Shown: positions 9,902 to 19,858, counted from the stretch's first letter. The stretch is 64,000 nt of DNA from Anaerovoracaceae bacterium (GCA_963598975.1 CAVBVU010000001.1:113-64112), one strand, 5' to 3'. The notes: a model not told the origin generated them from the letters alone. Numbers and translations are program-made.

Positions 9902-11320
9902 TCAGCGCAATATCGCCGATAACGCGTCCTTCAGCGTGTCCGCCTGAACGACGGTGAGGCCCGGCGCCGCAACGTTCCTGCGCAACGTCGGCACCACCGC
10001 GGTGGTGTATCCAAGACGGGCCGCCTCGCGCAGCCTGTATTCCAGTCGCGGCACCGGACGTACCTGGCCGGTCAGCGAGATCTCGCCGATGGCGCACGTG
10101 GTGCGTGGCACGGATTTCGACTTCGCTGCGCTCGCCAGCGCGGCCACGATCGCCAGATCGCATCCAGGCTCACGGGCCTGCCCTCCTGCGATCGTGGAAA
10201 TGTACAGGTCGTTCGCCAGCAGATTGATGCCGCCATGACGGTACAGCACGGCCACCAGCATGGCGATACGGTTGGTATCCACTCCATTCGCGGCCCGTCG
10301 CGGCGTCGGCAGCACGGATTTCGTCACCAGCGATTGCACTTCTATCGGCAGACTACGGTGACCGTCCAGTGTGAAGGTCACGCAGGTCCCTTCAACGGGA
10401 GCGTCGCTTTCGGACATGGACGTCGACAGGAACAGGCCGGACGGATCCGTGACCTCCTCGATTCCTTCGCCGCTCATGTCGAAGCATCCGACCTCGTCGG
10501 TTGGACCGAAACGATTCTTCACCGCGCGAAGCATACGCAGTGCGGTCTGGGAATCTCCTTCGAACTGGCAGACCACGTCAACGAGATGCTCCAACGTGCG
10601 CGGGCCGGCGATCGATCCGTCTTTGGTCACATGTCCGACCAGCAGCACCGGAATCTCAAGCGTCTTCGCGGTGTCGATCAGCGCACTCGCCACTTCGCGC
10701 ACCTGCGTGGAACCTCCGGAGATGCCATCCACGTCCTGGGAGATTATGGTCTGCGCGGAATCGACGATCACCAATGCCGGTTTGGTCTGCTCGATCAGGG
10801 AGAGCGCGGTGCCCAGGTCGGTGGTGGCGGCGAGCAGCAGATTCGGTTCGACGGCGCCGATACGCGACGCCCTCATGCGCACCTGCGATTGCGATTCCTC
10901 TCCCGAGATGTACAGCACGGTGTTGCGTTCCACCCGTGCCGCCGACAAACGGGCGACGTTTCCCGCGGTTTCCAGCAGCAGTGTAGATTTGCCGATGCCC
11001 GGTTCTCCGGCTATGAGCGTCACCGATCCGGGTACGATGCCGCCGCCGAGGACGCGGTCGAATTCGTCGAATCCTGTGCCGATTCTTGCGATGCTTTCCG
11101 TACGCACGTCGGTGATTGGCGTTGCGGCGGCGGAAACGACCGGATTCGAGCGTGTTCGTGACGTTCTTGAGGAGGCCGATGCGCGCGCCGATGCGGATGG
11201 ACGGGCTTCGTGGAATTCCTCGACCGAGCCCCATTGCCTGCATTCGGGGCAACGGCCGTACCATTTCGATCCGTTCCACCCGCATTCGGAGCATACAAAC
11301 TGTGTGGACGTCTTTGCCAT
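9902..11320 (-). CDS. radA: DNA repair protein RadA/Sms
   Basis: CxxC..CxxC zinc finger, GEPGIGKST, KNRFG, Lon-like C-terminus. Confidence 0.97.
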   Translation of the reverse strand: MAKTSTQFVCSECGWNGSKWYGRCPECRQWGSVEEFHEARPSASARASASSRTSRTRSNPVVSAAATPITDVRTESIARIGTGFDEFDRVLGGGIVPGSVTLIAGEPGIGKSTLLLETAGNVARLSAARVERNTVLYISGEESQSQVRMRASRIGAVEPNLLLAATTDLGTALSLIEQTKPALVIVDSAQTIISQDVDGISGGSTQVREVASALIDTAKTLEIPVLLVGHVTKDGSIAGPRTLEHLVDVVCQFEGDSQTALRMLRAVKNRFGPTDEVGCFDMSGEGIEEVTDPSGLFLSTSMSESDAPVEGTCVTFTLDGHRSLPIEVQSLVTKSVLPTPRRAANGVDTNRIAMLVAVLYRHGGINLLANDLYISTIAGGQAREPGCDLAIVAALASAAKSKSVPRTTCAIGEISLTGQVRPVPRLEYRLREAARLGYTTAVVPTLRRNVAAPGLTVVQADTLKDALSAILR

Positions 11321-11432
11321 ACCGCCGACAATACGGATGTTTTGCGACAAGGTGTTTGCGGCGTCCATACGGCCCCATGCAAGGGTGATTTGCTCTTCGG
11401 CAGAGTCTTACGGCTGTGAAACAATGAGGGTC

Positions 11433-12047
11433 ATGTCTACTACGCAAACCTCCTCTTCTCATGGCAAGCTGATCGTTTCCGTTATTACCGCCGCCGTTGT
11501 GGTGGTGCTCGCTCTGGTTTCCGCTTTCATCTGGCCGGGCTGGGCTCTGAACGGGGGCTCCGAGACCGCGCAGGTGCAGCAGAGCGAATCGCAGAGCTCC
11601 GAGCCGACCACGCCGTCCATCGATGCCGTGGCGCTGCCGGACGATGCCAGCGAGCTGCTTAAGGCGATGCCGGATTCCGTGCTGAATTTCGCTCGCACGA
11701 ATGCGGAGGCAAGCACTTCCTGGAGTGATGCCTCTCCCTTGGAGGAGTACACGTTGACCTACTCCACCGGTACGGATGGCCAGGAGGTCATGCTGGTGGC
11801 AGCGCAGTGGTCTCAGTCCGATGACGCGAAAACCAAGTATGATGCGTTGGCCGCCACCATGACAGGTGAGGAATTGGGCAGCGGCAACGTGAAGGTTTCC
11901 GGCGAAACCACCGGTGCCTACAGCGTGAAGACCGATCCGGACGATGAGAACAAGGCCATCGCGCTCTGGCAGAACGGTACGGTGGTGTTCCAAGCCACCG
12001 GTTCCACGGACTCGGTCCAGCGCTTCTATCAGGAGTTCCCGCTGTAA
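11433..12047 (+). CDS. Membrane-anchored hypothetical protein
   Basis: N-terminal TM helix ending AFIWPGW; acidic extracellular domain; host-like codon usage. Confidence 0.75.
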   Translation: MSTTQTSSSHGKLIVSVITAAVVVVLALVSAFIWPGWALNGGSETAQVQQSESQSSEPTTPSIDAVALPDDASELLKAMPDSVLNFARTNAEASTSWSDASPLEEYTLTYSTGTDGQEVMLVAAQWSQSDDAKTKYDALAATMTGEELGSGNVKVSGETTGAYSVKTDPDDENKAIALWQNGTVVFQATGSTDSVQRFYQEFPL

Positions 12048-12241
12048 ACCGAAGCCGGGAGATGTCGGAGATGCCGTTGCCGGGGCATGGGCTTGCCGCA
12101 GCCGGTGGAAGCTGACGGAAACGCCTTGAAAGGGCGTGCTTCCAGCATGTGAGTACGTGTGCGCGCGTTCGTCCTAGAAACGGTGTAGTATTGGGCAAGT
12201 TGCAAACTTTTACCCTTTGAATTCAAGGAACGGAGGCTGAG

Positions 12242-12331
12242 ATGGGCTCGGTCATCAAGAAGCGCCGCAAGCGCATGAGCAAGAAGAAGCACCGCAAACT
12301 GCTTCGTAAGACTCGTCACCAGCGCAAGTAG
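12242..12331 (+). CDS. Small basic ribosomal protein bS22 (AURKAIP1/COX24 domain), 29 aa
   Basis: [37 protein letters not shown]; terminator downstream; absent from the ORF track. Confidence 0.9.
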   Translation: MGSVIKKRRKRMSKKKHRKLLRKTRHQRK

Positions 12332-12363
12332 TCTTCAGGGCGCGCTTGAAGCGCTCGGTAAAC

Positions 12364-12398
12364 AAAATCCCGCATCTCCTTTGGAGTGCGGGATTTTT
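12364..12398. terminator. Bidirectional intrinsic terminator
   Basis: AAAATCCCGCA..TGCGGGATTTTT. Confidence 0.8.
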
Positions 12399-12456
12399 GC
12401 TGTAGGTCTGAAATCATCGGAATTCCAAGGATTTCAGACCTATTTTTGTCAAAGCG

Positions 12457-13155
12457 TCACTTGTTGGAGTTGGTCATGACGCGCGGGCCGTTCGGGTCGC
12501 CGACGATGACCTGGTCCACCATGTGCAGGAACAGGCCGTGCTCGACCACGCCGACGGTGTTGATGAGGTCGTCTGCCAGATCCTCCGGGTGGTCGATGCG
12601 CTCGAGGTGCAGGTCGACCACGTAGTTGTTCTCGTCGGTGCGGACCGGCTGGCCTTCGGCGTCGAGGCGCAACACCGGCTTGTAGCCGCGGGCTTCGAAT
12701 TTCTTGACGACCTGGCCTGCGCCGAACGGAATGACTTCGACCGGCAGCGGGAACTTGCCGATGGTGTCGACCACTTTGGATTCGTCGACGATCCAGACGA
12801 TCTTGTCGGAGTTGGTGGCCACGATCTTCTCCCACAGCAGGGCGGCGCCGCCACCCTTGATGCCGTTGAAGTTGCTGTCCACTTCGTCGGCGCCGTCGAT
12901 GGTCACGTCGATGTGGTCGACGTCGTCGATGTCGACGATCTTGATGCCGTAGCCTTCAGCCTGTTCCTGAGTGCGACGGGAGGTGGTGACGCCGGTGAAT
13001 TCCAGACCTTCCTCCTTCACGCGGCGGCCGAGCTCGTCGACCAGGAAACGCACGGTCGAACCGGTGCCCAGACCTGCGGTCATGCCGTTCTGAATCAGCT
13101 GTGCCGCTTCGATACCAGCCGCCTTCTTCAGGGCGTCCTGCTGTGCCTTGTCCAT
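12457..13155 (-). CDS. rpiA: Ribose-5-phosphate isomerase A
   Basis: [34 protein letters not shown]. Confidence 0.97.
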   Translation of the reverse strand: MDKAQQDALKKAAGIEAAQLIQNGMTAGLGTGSTVRFLVDELGRRVKEEGLEFTGVTTSRRTQEQAEGYGIKIVDIDDVDHIDVTIDGADEVDSNFNGIKGGGAALLWEKIVATNSDKIVWIVDESKVVDTIGKFPLPVEVIPFGAGQVVKKFEARGYKPVLRLDAEGQPVRTDENNYVVDLHLERIDHPEDLADDLINTVGVVEHGLFLHMVDQVIVGDPNGPRVMTNSNK

Positions 13156-13315
13156 AATGCTCCTTCGATATGGGGTTAAGACCGTTCCCATATTATCGGA
13201 TACGTTGATTTTTGTGCGATTTTAGACACATTGTGTTGCCTGGGACGCTTGTCGCGCCGACGTTGGGGCAACGCTATGCCGAAATCATGCCGACAATCGT
13301 GTTTCACAAGGTGTT

Positions 13316-14602
13316 TCACGCATGTTTGACGGCGAATGGGGCCTCGTCGAGTATCAGCGTGCCGTCGCCGGTCACGTAGCCTTCCACGGCTATGTAGCCG
13401 CGAATCAAGCGCGGCTTGCCATCGAAGGTGGGGCTGGAGTTCGGCGGGGGAGTGAATCGCACCGTTCCGGAAACCGACAATCCCGACGGGCTGGGACGAT
13501 GCGGCAGCTTGGGCAGATCGGCGAGGGCGTCCTGTGATTGTTGAGGTTGGTGCGATTGTTGCGGCTGTTGTGGCGATTGCGTGTCCGTCCGCGCGTCTTC
13601 CCTCATATCGGAGGAGCGGGCTTGCGCGTTCGGGTTGCCTTTTCCGCTGTTGCCGACGGATTCCGCGTTTTCCGACTTCTCGTCCTCACGTGCCTTTCCG
13701 TCCTCACGCGGGAAGTAGTCGTGCTTGACCAGCATCTGCGCATAGGATTGATGCACGCCGTTGATCGGTAACACCCTGGTCGGTTCGGTCTCCATTACGG
13801 CGGTGGCCTCCAGGTCGGGATTGATCGGCGTCTCGTTCTCCGCGGCCTGTTCGGCAATGCCGTATCCTTCCGGCTCAACCAGCATTTCGGCGATGGGCCG
13901 GGCGTGCGTCTCCGAATCGGAAATCCGCAGCAGCTCATCCGCGAGAGAAGCTCCCGATTGGACTTTCGCAAGGCTTCCGGTGGCGGTGGAATCCGCGGTG
14001 CGTCCCAGATGGTATTCATCCGCGGAGATTCTGCCGTCGAGCAGCATCCTGGCGTCTTCCGGAACATCCGTTCCCTGTGAATACTCGGAGGCAAGCAGCG
14101 ACTGCCATCCCTCTTTCGGCAGATATCCGTCACGTACCTTGGAACGGCAGTCCCCGGCGTAGGTGCGTGCCAGCTCGTCCACCTTCTCGTTTCCGGCGTT
14201 TCCGGCATGCCCCTTGACCCATACGAACTGAACGGATCCGGGACGCTTGGAAAGCTCATCGTCAATCGCACGAATCAATTCGGCGTTCTTCACGGGTTTT
14301 TTCTGCGAATTCTTCCAGCCGTTCTTCTTCCAGCCGTGCACCCACTTGGTGGAACAGTTGATCGCATACTGGGAGTCGGTTTCGATGATCAACGGCTCGG
14401 AACCCGGATGCGCGCGCAACGCCTCCAACACGGCGCAAAGCTCTCCGATCTGATTGGTGCCGTTCGTCGCGCCGCCGGCATCGCAATCGCCGGTATGTCC
14501 ATGCTCGTCATTGGAAGGAATGTCGTGATCGGCCCAAGCCCAACCCATCGGACCGTTCGGATTGCCCAGCGCGGAACCGTCTGTAGAAACCGTAATCGTC
14601 AT
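13316..14602 (-). CDS. rnhA: Ribonuclease HI with long C-terminal extension
   Basis: TDGSALGNPNGPMGW, TNQIGEL, TDSQY, WVKGHAG..NEKVDELA. Confidence 0.92.
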   Translation of the reverse strand: MTITVSTDGSALGNPNGPMGWAWADHDIPSNDEHGHTGDCDAGGATNGTNQIGELCAVLEALRAHPGSEPLIIETDSQYAINCSTKWVHGWKKNGWKNSQKKPVKNAELIRAIDDELSKRPGSVQFVWVKGHAGNAGNEKVDELARTYAGDCRSKVRDGYLPKEGWQSLLASEYSQGTDVPEDARMLLDGRISADEYHLGRTADSTATGSLAKVQSGASLADELLRISDSETHARPIAEMLVEPEGYGIAEQAAENETPINPDLEATAVMETEPTRVLPINGVHQSYAQMLVKHDYFPREDGKAREDEKSENAESVGNSGKGNPNAQARSSDMREDARTDTQSPQQPQQSHQPQQSQDALADLPKLPHRPSPSGLSVSGTVRFTPPPNSSPTFDGKPRLIRGYIAVEGYVTGDGTLILDEAPFAVKHA

Positions 14603-14635
14603 GGTTCTACCCTACGAAATCCGCGCGACTCGAAG

Positions 14636-14710
14636 GGAAATCGGCAATAGGGAGATCGGCAATAGGGAAAGCGGCCATAAAGAATCAGCCGTAAGGAATC
14701 GGCAATGGAA
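14636..14710 (+). repeat. Degenerate 14-15-bp tandem repeat upstream of rnhA
   Basis: About 5 units resembling GG(A/G)A(A/G)ATCGGCAATA. Confidence 0.6.
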
Positions 14711-14832
14711 AATCCCGCCTTCATCTGAATCTCGGAATGAAATTCAGATGAAGACGGGATCGCATCGCAGGTCCTCGTCAATCGACGTGCGTATGCCGTG
14801 ACGTCAGGCAAACGCACGGCATACAACGGATG

Positions 14833-16509
14833 TCACTCGGACAGGGCCTTGTCCACGACCTCGGTGGCCTCGGTGAGCACCTTGTCGAGCGCCTCAGGGG
14901 ATTCGAAGGACTCGGCGTACACCTTGTAGATGTTCTCGGTGCCGGACGGACGTGCCGCGAACCAGTTGTTCTCGGTGGTGACCTTCAGGCCGCCGATCTT
15001 GGCGTTGTTGCCGGGAGCCTCGGTGAGCTTGGCGGTGATGTCCTCGCCGGCGAGCTGTGTCGCCTCCACGTCGTCTCCGGAAAGCTTGCCGAACTTGATC
15101 TTCTGCTCAAGGGTGGTCGGGGTGTCGACGCGCTTGTACCAGCTTTCGCCGAAACGCTCCACCTGCTCCTGATGCAGCTGGGCCGGGTTCTTGCCGGTCT
15201 TCGCCGTGATTTCGGCGGCGAGCAGATCCGGAATCAGACCGTCCTTGTCGGTGGTCCACACGCGGCCATCCTTGCGCAGGAAGGACATGCCGGAGCTTTC
15301 CTCGCCGCCAAAGGCGACCTCGCCCTTGAACAGCGGGTCCACGAACCACTTGAATCCGACTGGCACCTCAACGAGCTTGGCGCCGATCGAAGCGGCCACG
15401 CGGTCGATCAGGGAGGAGGAGACCAGGGTCTTGCCGATTCCGGCGCCCTCCGGCCAGCCCGGACGGTTGCCTCCGAACAGGTACTCCACGCACACGGCGA
15501 TGTAGTGGTTCGGGTTCATGACGCCCCAGTTCGGGCATACGATGCCGTGACGGTCGGCGTCCGGATCGGTGCCGCCGACCAGATCGTACTTGTCCCAAGC
15601 GCCGTTGTTGAGGGAGTCGACCAGACCCTTCATGGCGTACGGGGAGCTCGGATCCATACGGATCTTGCCGTCGTGGTCGAGGGTCATGAAGTCCCAGGTG
15701 GGCACGACCTGTGGGCGGACCACGTCGATGGTCAGATTGAACTTCTCGTTCATCAGCGGCCAGTAGTTCACGGAAGCGCCGCCGAGCGGATCGATGCCGA
15801 GACGCACGCCGGAGGAACGGATCACGTCGAAGTCGATGACGTTCTCCAAATCGGAGACATAGTGGTCGCGGAAATCGAAGCGCTCGACTAGGTCGGACTT
15901 GACGGCCTGCTCGAAGGGCACGCGCTTGATGTTCTTGAAATCGCCGAGCAGCTCGTTGGCGCGGTCGGCGATCGCGTTGGTGACGTCGGCCGGAGCCGGG
16001 CCGCCGGTGACCGGATCATACTTGAATCCGCCGTCGGTGGGCGGATTGTGCGAAGGGGTCACGACGATGCCGTCGGCCAGACCTTCGCCGGAGAAACGCT
16101 GGGTTCCGTCGGCGGCGCGGTTATGCGTCAGGATGGCCTGGGAGACGACCGGGGTGGGGGTGAAGTCGTCGCGAGAATCGATGCGCACGTTCACTCCGTT
16201 GGCAACGAGCACTTCGATTGCGGTCTTCCAAGCCGGCTCGGACAGTGCGTGGGTGTCGCGGCCGATATACAGCGGGCCGGTGACGCCGGCCTTCTTGCGG
16301 TATTCGGCGATGGCCTGCGTGATGGCGACGATATGAGCCTCGTTGAACGAGGTCTTCAGGGACGAGCCACGATGTCCGGAAGTGCCGAAGGAAACGCGCT
16401 GTTCCGGAACATTCGGGTCGGGGACGACGTCATAGTACTTTCCGATGACCTCGTCGACGTTAATCAGATCTGCTGGGGTGGCGGGCGTACCCGCATTGTT
16501 TGCAACCAT
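14833..16509 (-). CDS. pgm: Phosphoglucomutase
   Basis: FGTSGHRG, TPSHNPP, DPDADR, GGEESSG, RPSGTE. Confidence 0.97.
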   Translation of the reverse strand: MVANNAGTPATPADLINVDEVIGKYYDVVPDPNVPEQRVSFGTSGHRGSSLKTSFNEAHIVAITQAIAEYRKKAGVTGPLYIGRDTHALSEPAWKTAIEVLVANGVNVRIDSRDDFTPTPVVSQAILTHNRAADGTQRFSGEGLADGIVVTPSHNPPTDGGFKYDPVTGGPAPADVTNAIADRANELLGDFKNIKRVPFEQAVKSDLVERFDFRDHYVSDLENVIDFDVIRSSGVRLGIDPLGGASVNYWPLMNEKFNLTIDVVRPQVVPTWDFMTLDHDGKIRMDPSSPYAMKGLVDSLNNGAWDKYDLVGGTDPDADRHGIVCPNWGVMNPNHYIAVCVEYLFGGNRPGWPEGAGIGKTLVSSSLIDRVAASIGAKLVEVPVGFKWFVDPLFKGEVAFGGEESSGMSFLRKDGRVWTTDKDGLIPDLLAAEITAKTGKNPAQLHQEQVERFGESWYKRVDTPTTLEQKIKFGKLSGDDVEATQLAGEDITAKLTEAPGNNAKIGGLKVTTENNWFAARPSGTENIYKVYAESFESPEALDKVLTEATEVVDKALSE

Positions 16510-16596
16510 AGACCCATTTTGCCACGCCAACGTGCGGAAAGCGGGCAAATCGGCGGTTTTTGCCCGTCAGGTTTCCCCGATGCGTCCGGAGTGGCG

Positions 16597-17808
16597 TCAA
16601 ACCGTGGTTTTCTGCGTTTCGGAAGCCGTCGAATCCTTGTTTTCTCCGGCATCCGCGCGATTGGTGATCTGAGCCGGCGCAGGGGCGTTCGTGAGATTCA
16701 ACGCGAGAATGCCGGTATCCTCCGCGGAAAGTTCCGGCACGCGGACGCACAGCGACTGACGTTCCACGCTGAAACGGATGTGCTTCGTCTTGGGGAGCAT
16801 ATCGCCGTCCACCTGCGCCAAAGCGGGCTTCTCCAGCGTGATCTCAGCGCTCACCCCCTGAATCTGATCCACGGTGGAATTCGTGGACAGCGGGCTCTGC
16901 TGCGCCTTGCCGGTGATCGTCTGGTGCAGCACGTCTCCAAACAGATTCGCCCAACCGATGATGCCGCCGGAAGTGTCGATCACCTCGTAATCGAGCACGC
17001 CATCGTCATAGGACGCGTCCGGCATCAGCGAAAACATGGGAATTTGACCGCAATTGCCGGCCATGAACGTGCGGAACGACAAACCGTGGATGGTGTGGGT
17101 GGAGCCGTCCTTGCTGGTGATGGCCACATCGCCCTTGTACTTCGGGGCGAACAGATTCTTCACGCCGGCCACGAAATAGGCGAGCCAACTGATGTTCTTC
17201 TTCAATTTCGGATCGGTCTCGTCGATCATCAACGCGTCAAAGCCGATACCAGCGATGATCAGGAACGCGTGGCCGTGATCGGTGGTCTCGTCATCCAACA
17301 GAGTGAGGCGTCCGACGTCGACCAGCTTCGACCCGTGCGACGTGGCGACGGTCAGCGCGGCATCGATGTCGTCCACGGGAATGCCCATATTGCGGGCGAA
17401 CAGATTGCCGGTGCCGATCGGCACGATACCCAACGCATGGCCGGTTCCCGAAAGCGCGCTCGCCACCGTGCGCACGGTACCATCGCCGCCGACCGCCACC
17501 ACGACGTCCGCGCCATGTTCCAAAGCCTCAAGCGCGCACGCCCGACCATCCTTGTCGAGCTGGGTCTCGATGAGCTCCACCTGCGTAAGATTCTTCGCCT
17601 CGCAGAACTCCCTGATGCGCTGCATACGCTGCTGGGCCTGCGGCTTCGAAGGATTGACGATGAACGCGTAATGAACCTGATCGTCGTCCCGCTTGTCGAT
17701 ATGCTCCACGAGCGTGCGATGCTTGTACGCGCGCCATGCAAAGAACGCGACGGCGCACACGAACACAACGCAGACGGCAAGAAGAAGAATGATCAATGGC
17801 ATAGGCAT
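16597..17808 (-). CDS. Diacylglycerol kinase family lipid kinase with N-terminal TM
   Basis: IVNPS, GGDGT, GTGNLFARN, GIGFDA, QVDGD. Confidence 0.9.
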   Translation of the reverse strand: MPMPLIILLLAVCVVFVCAVAFFAWRAYKHRTLVEHIDKRDDDQVHYAFIVNPSKPQAQQRMQRIREFCEAKNLTQVELIETQLDKDGRACALEALEHGADVVVAVGGDGTVRTVASALSGTGHALGIVPIGTGNLFARNMGIPVDDIDAALTVATSHGSKLVDVGRLTLLDDETTDHGHAFLIIAGIGFDALMIDETDPKLKKNISWLAYFVAGVKNLFAPKYKGDVAITSKDGSTHTIHGLSFRTFMAGNCGQIPMFSLMPDASYDDGVLDYEVIDTSGGIIGWANLFGDVLHQTITGKAQQSPLSTNSTVDQIQGVSAEITLEKPALAQVDGDMLPKTKHIRFSVERQSLCVRVPELSAEDTGILALNLTNAPAPAQITNRADAGENKDSTASETQKTTV

Positions 17809-17948
17809 GTTTCTTATTTTCAACATAAAAGACGAAAAAACGCGAATCGGACGCGCTAAATTCGACGATTCCTGCACGTCATGCACCAAAACCGACGGAA
17901 ATGGAAAAAGCCGGCGCTGTGTCGGCTTGCGGCACTAGTCTAGGAACC

Positions 17949-19235
17949 ATGCTTGATATCCAATTCATTCGTGAACATGCTGACGTTGTCAAGGAATCCC
18001 AGCGTAAGCGTGGCGAATCGGTCGAACTTGTCGACGAGGTGCTGCGCTCCGACGAGGTTCGCCGTTCCTCTCTGAAGGAATTCGAAGCTGCCCGCGCGCA
18101 GCAGAAGGAAATCGGCAAGAAGGTCGCCGCGGCTCCGGCCGAGGAAAAGGCCAAGCTGATTGCCGAAACCAAGGAACTGTCCCAGAAGGTCTCCGAATAC
18201 AAGGCCGCTGCCGATGCCGCGGCCGAAGAGTACACCACCGCCATGTGGAAGCTGTCCAACATCGTTGAGGACGAAGCTCCGGAAGGCGGCGAAGACGATT
18301 ACGTGGTGGTCAACAAGGTCGGTGAGATTCGCGACTTCGCAGCCGAAGGCTTCGAACCGAAGGACCACCTGACCCTCGGCCGTGGCGTTGCCGGAATCGA
18401 CATGGAACGCGGCGTGAAGGTCGGCGGATCCCGCTTCTACTTCCTGCGCGGCCAGGTGGCACGCATGCAGATCGCCATGCTGACCATGGCCGTCGATCAG
18501 GCCGAAGAGCACGGCTTCACCCTGGCCATCACCCCGACGCTGGTTCGTCCTGAAGTAATGCGCGGAACCGGCTTCCTCAACTCCCACGCCGACGAGATCT
18601 ACCGTCTGCGCGAGCCTGACGAGCAGTACCTGGTGGGCACCTCCGAAGTGGCGCTCGCAGGCATGCACGAGAATGAGATTCTCGACCTGTCCAACGGTCC
18701 GCTGCGCTACTGCGGTTGGAGCTCCTGCTACCGCCGTGAGGCCGGCGCCGCTGGCAAGGACACCTCCGGCATCATCCGCGTGCATCAGTTCGACAAGGTT
18801 GAGATGTTCGTCTACACCAAGCAGGAGGACTCCTATAAGGAGCATGAGCACCTGCTGGCCATGGAGCAGGAGATGCTCGGCAAGGTTGAGGTGCCGTACC
18901 GCATCATCGACACCGCTGCCGGCGACCTGGGCTCCTCCGCGGCACGTAAGTTCGACTGCGAGGCTTGGGTTCCGACCCAGGGCCGTTACCGCGAGCTCAC
19001 CTCCACCTCCAACTGCACCGAATACCAGGCTCGCCGTCTGAACATCCGCGAACGTATGGAGGATGGCGGCACCCGCGCGGTCTCCACGCTGAATGGCACT
19101 TTGGCCACCACTCGTTGGCTGGTCGCCATTCTGGAGAACCATCAGCAGAAGGATGGTTCCATCGTTATTCCTAAGGCCATGCGTGCCTACATGGGTGGCA
19201 AGGAAGTCATCGAGCCGACCAAGTGGGAGGCCTGA
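17949..19235 (+). CDS. serS: Serine--tRNA ligase
   Basis: MLDIQFIR, LVGTSEV, CYRREAG, RVHQF, LNGT. Confidence 0.98.
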   Translation: MLDIQFIREHADVVKESQRKRGESVELVDEVLRSDEVRRSSLKEFEAARAQQKEIGKKVAAAPAEEKAKLIAETKELSQKVSEYKAAADAAAEEYTTAMWKLSNIVEDEAPEGGEDDYVVVNKVGEIRDFAAEGFEPKDHLTLGRGVAGIDMERGVKVGGSRFYFLRGQVARMQIAMLTMAVDQAEEHGFTLAITPTLVRPEVMRGTGFLNSHADEIYRLREPDEQYLVGTSEVALAGMHENEILDLSNGPLRYCGWSSCYRREAGAAGKDTSGIIRVHQFDKVEMFVYTKQEDSYKEHEHLLAMEQEMLGKVEVPYRIIDTAAGDLGSSAARKFDCEAWVPTQGRYRELTSTSNCTEYQARRLNIRERMEDGGTRAVSTLNGTLATTRWLVAILENHQQKDGSIVIPKAMRAYMGGKEVIEPTKWEA

Positions 19236-19484
19236 TTTGGTGATCGACTGAATTCGACCTGTTGCATTGGTCGATTCGGCTTGTGATTGCACTGCGAAAG
19301 CGGCGTCAGCGTAATGTTGGCGCCGCTTTTGTGTTGTTGTCGTGTTTTTTGCTGGGCTGCTGTGCTTTTGCCGGGCTGCTGCCGGACTGCCGTTGGTCTG
19401 CTGTGCCTTTTGGTTGGGGTGCCGTTGGTCTGCTGTGCCCTTGACTCCTTGCCTCTGGTCGTATCCCAGGCGCCGGATCTCCAA

Positions 19485-19756
19485 TTTGCGTCGGTTTGGG
19501 GATACCCAGGATTGTTGAGTATTCCCAAACCTTCGCAATTGGGTTGGTTTGCGTCGGTTTGGGGATATTTCGGCAGATTGGGTATTCCCAAACCTTCGCA
19601 ATTGGGTCGCTTTGCGTCGGTTTGGGGATAGTCGGGTCTGTTGAGTATTCCCGTACGTTCGTTATGGGGTTGTTTTGCGTCGGTTTGGGGATGTTCGGGT
19701 TGGTTGGGTATTCCCGTACCTCCGCAATGGCGGTACTTTGCGTCGGTTTGGGGATA
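19485..19756. repeat. 63-bp-period palindromic array (4 full units plus 1 partial)
   Basis: TTTGCGTCGGTTTGGGGAT at 19485, 19548, 19611, 19674, 19737, each full unit followed by an inverted arm GTATTCCC....CGCAA. Confidence 0.93.
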
Positions 19757-19858
19757 GTCGGGCGACATTTGGCGACTGATGACGACGATTTTACGTGTTG
19801 CGATGCGGATGATTTCCGAGTGCTGTGCTATATTGGCGTTTCGTGTGTTATGCACATT

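Noticed and set aside
10371..11423. N-terminal 350 aa of ORF 10371..12047
   Set aside because: Antisense to radA; the real gene starts at about 11424-11433.
19485..19756. CRISPR array interpretation of the 63-bp repeats (also 33615 and 38407)
   Set aside because: Variable parts are only 14 and 9 nt, arms alternate in orientation and are degenerate, linkers resemble each other, and no cas genes are present.
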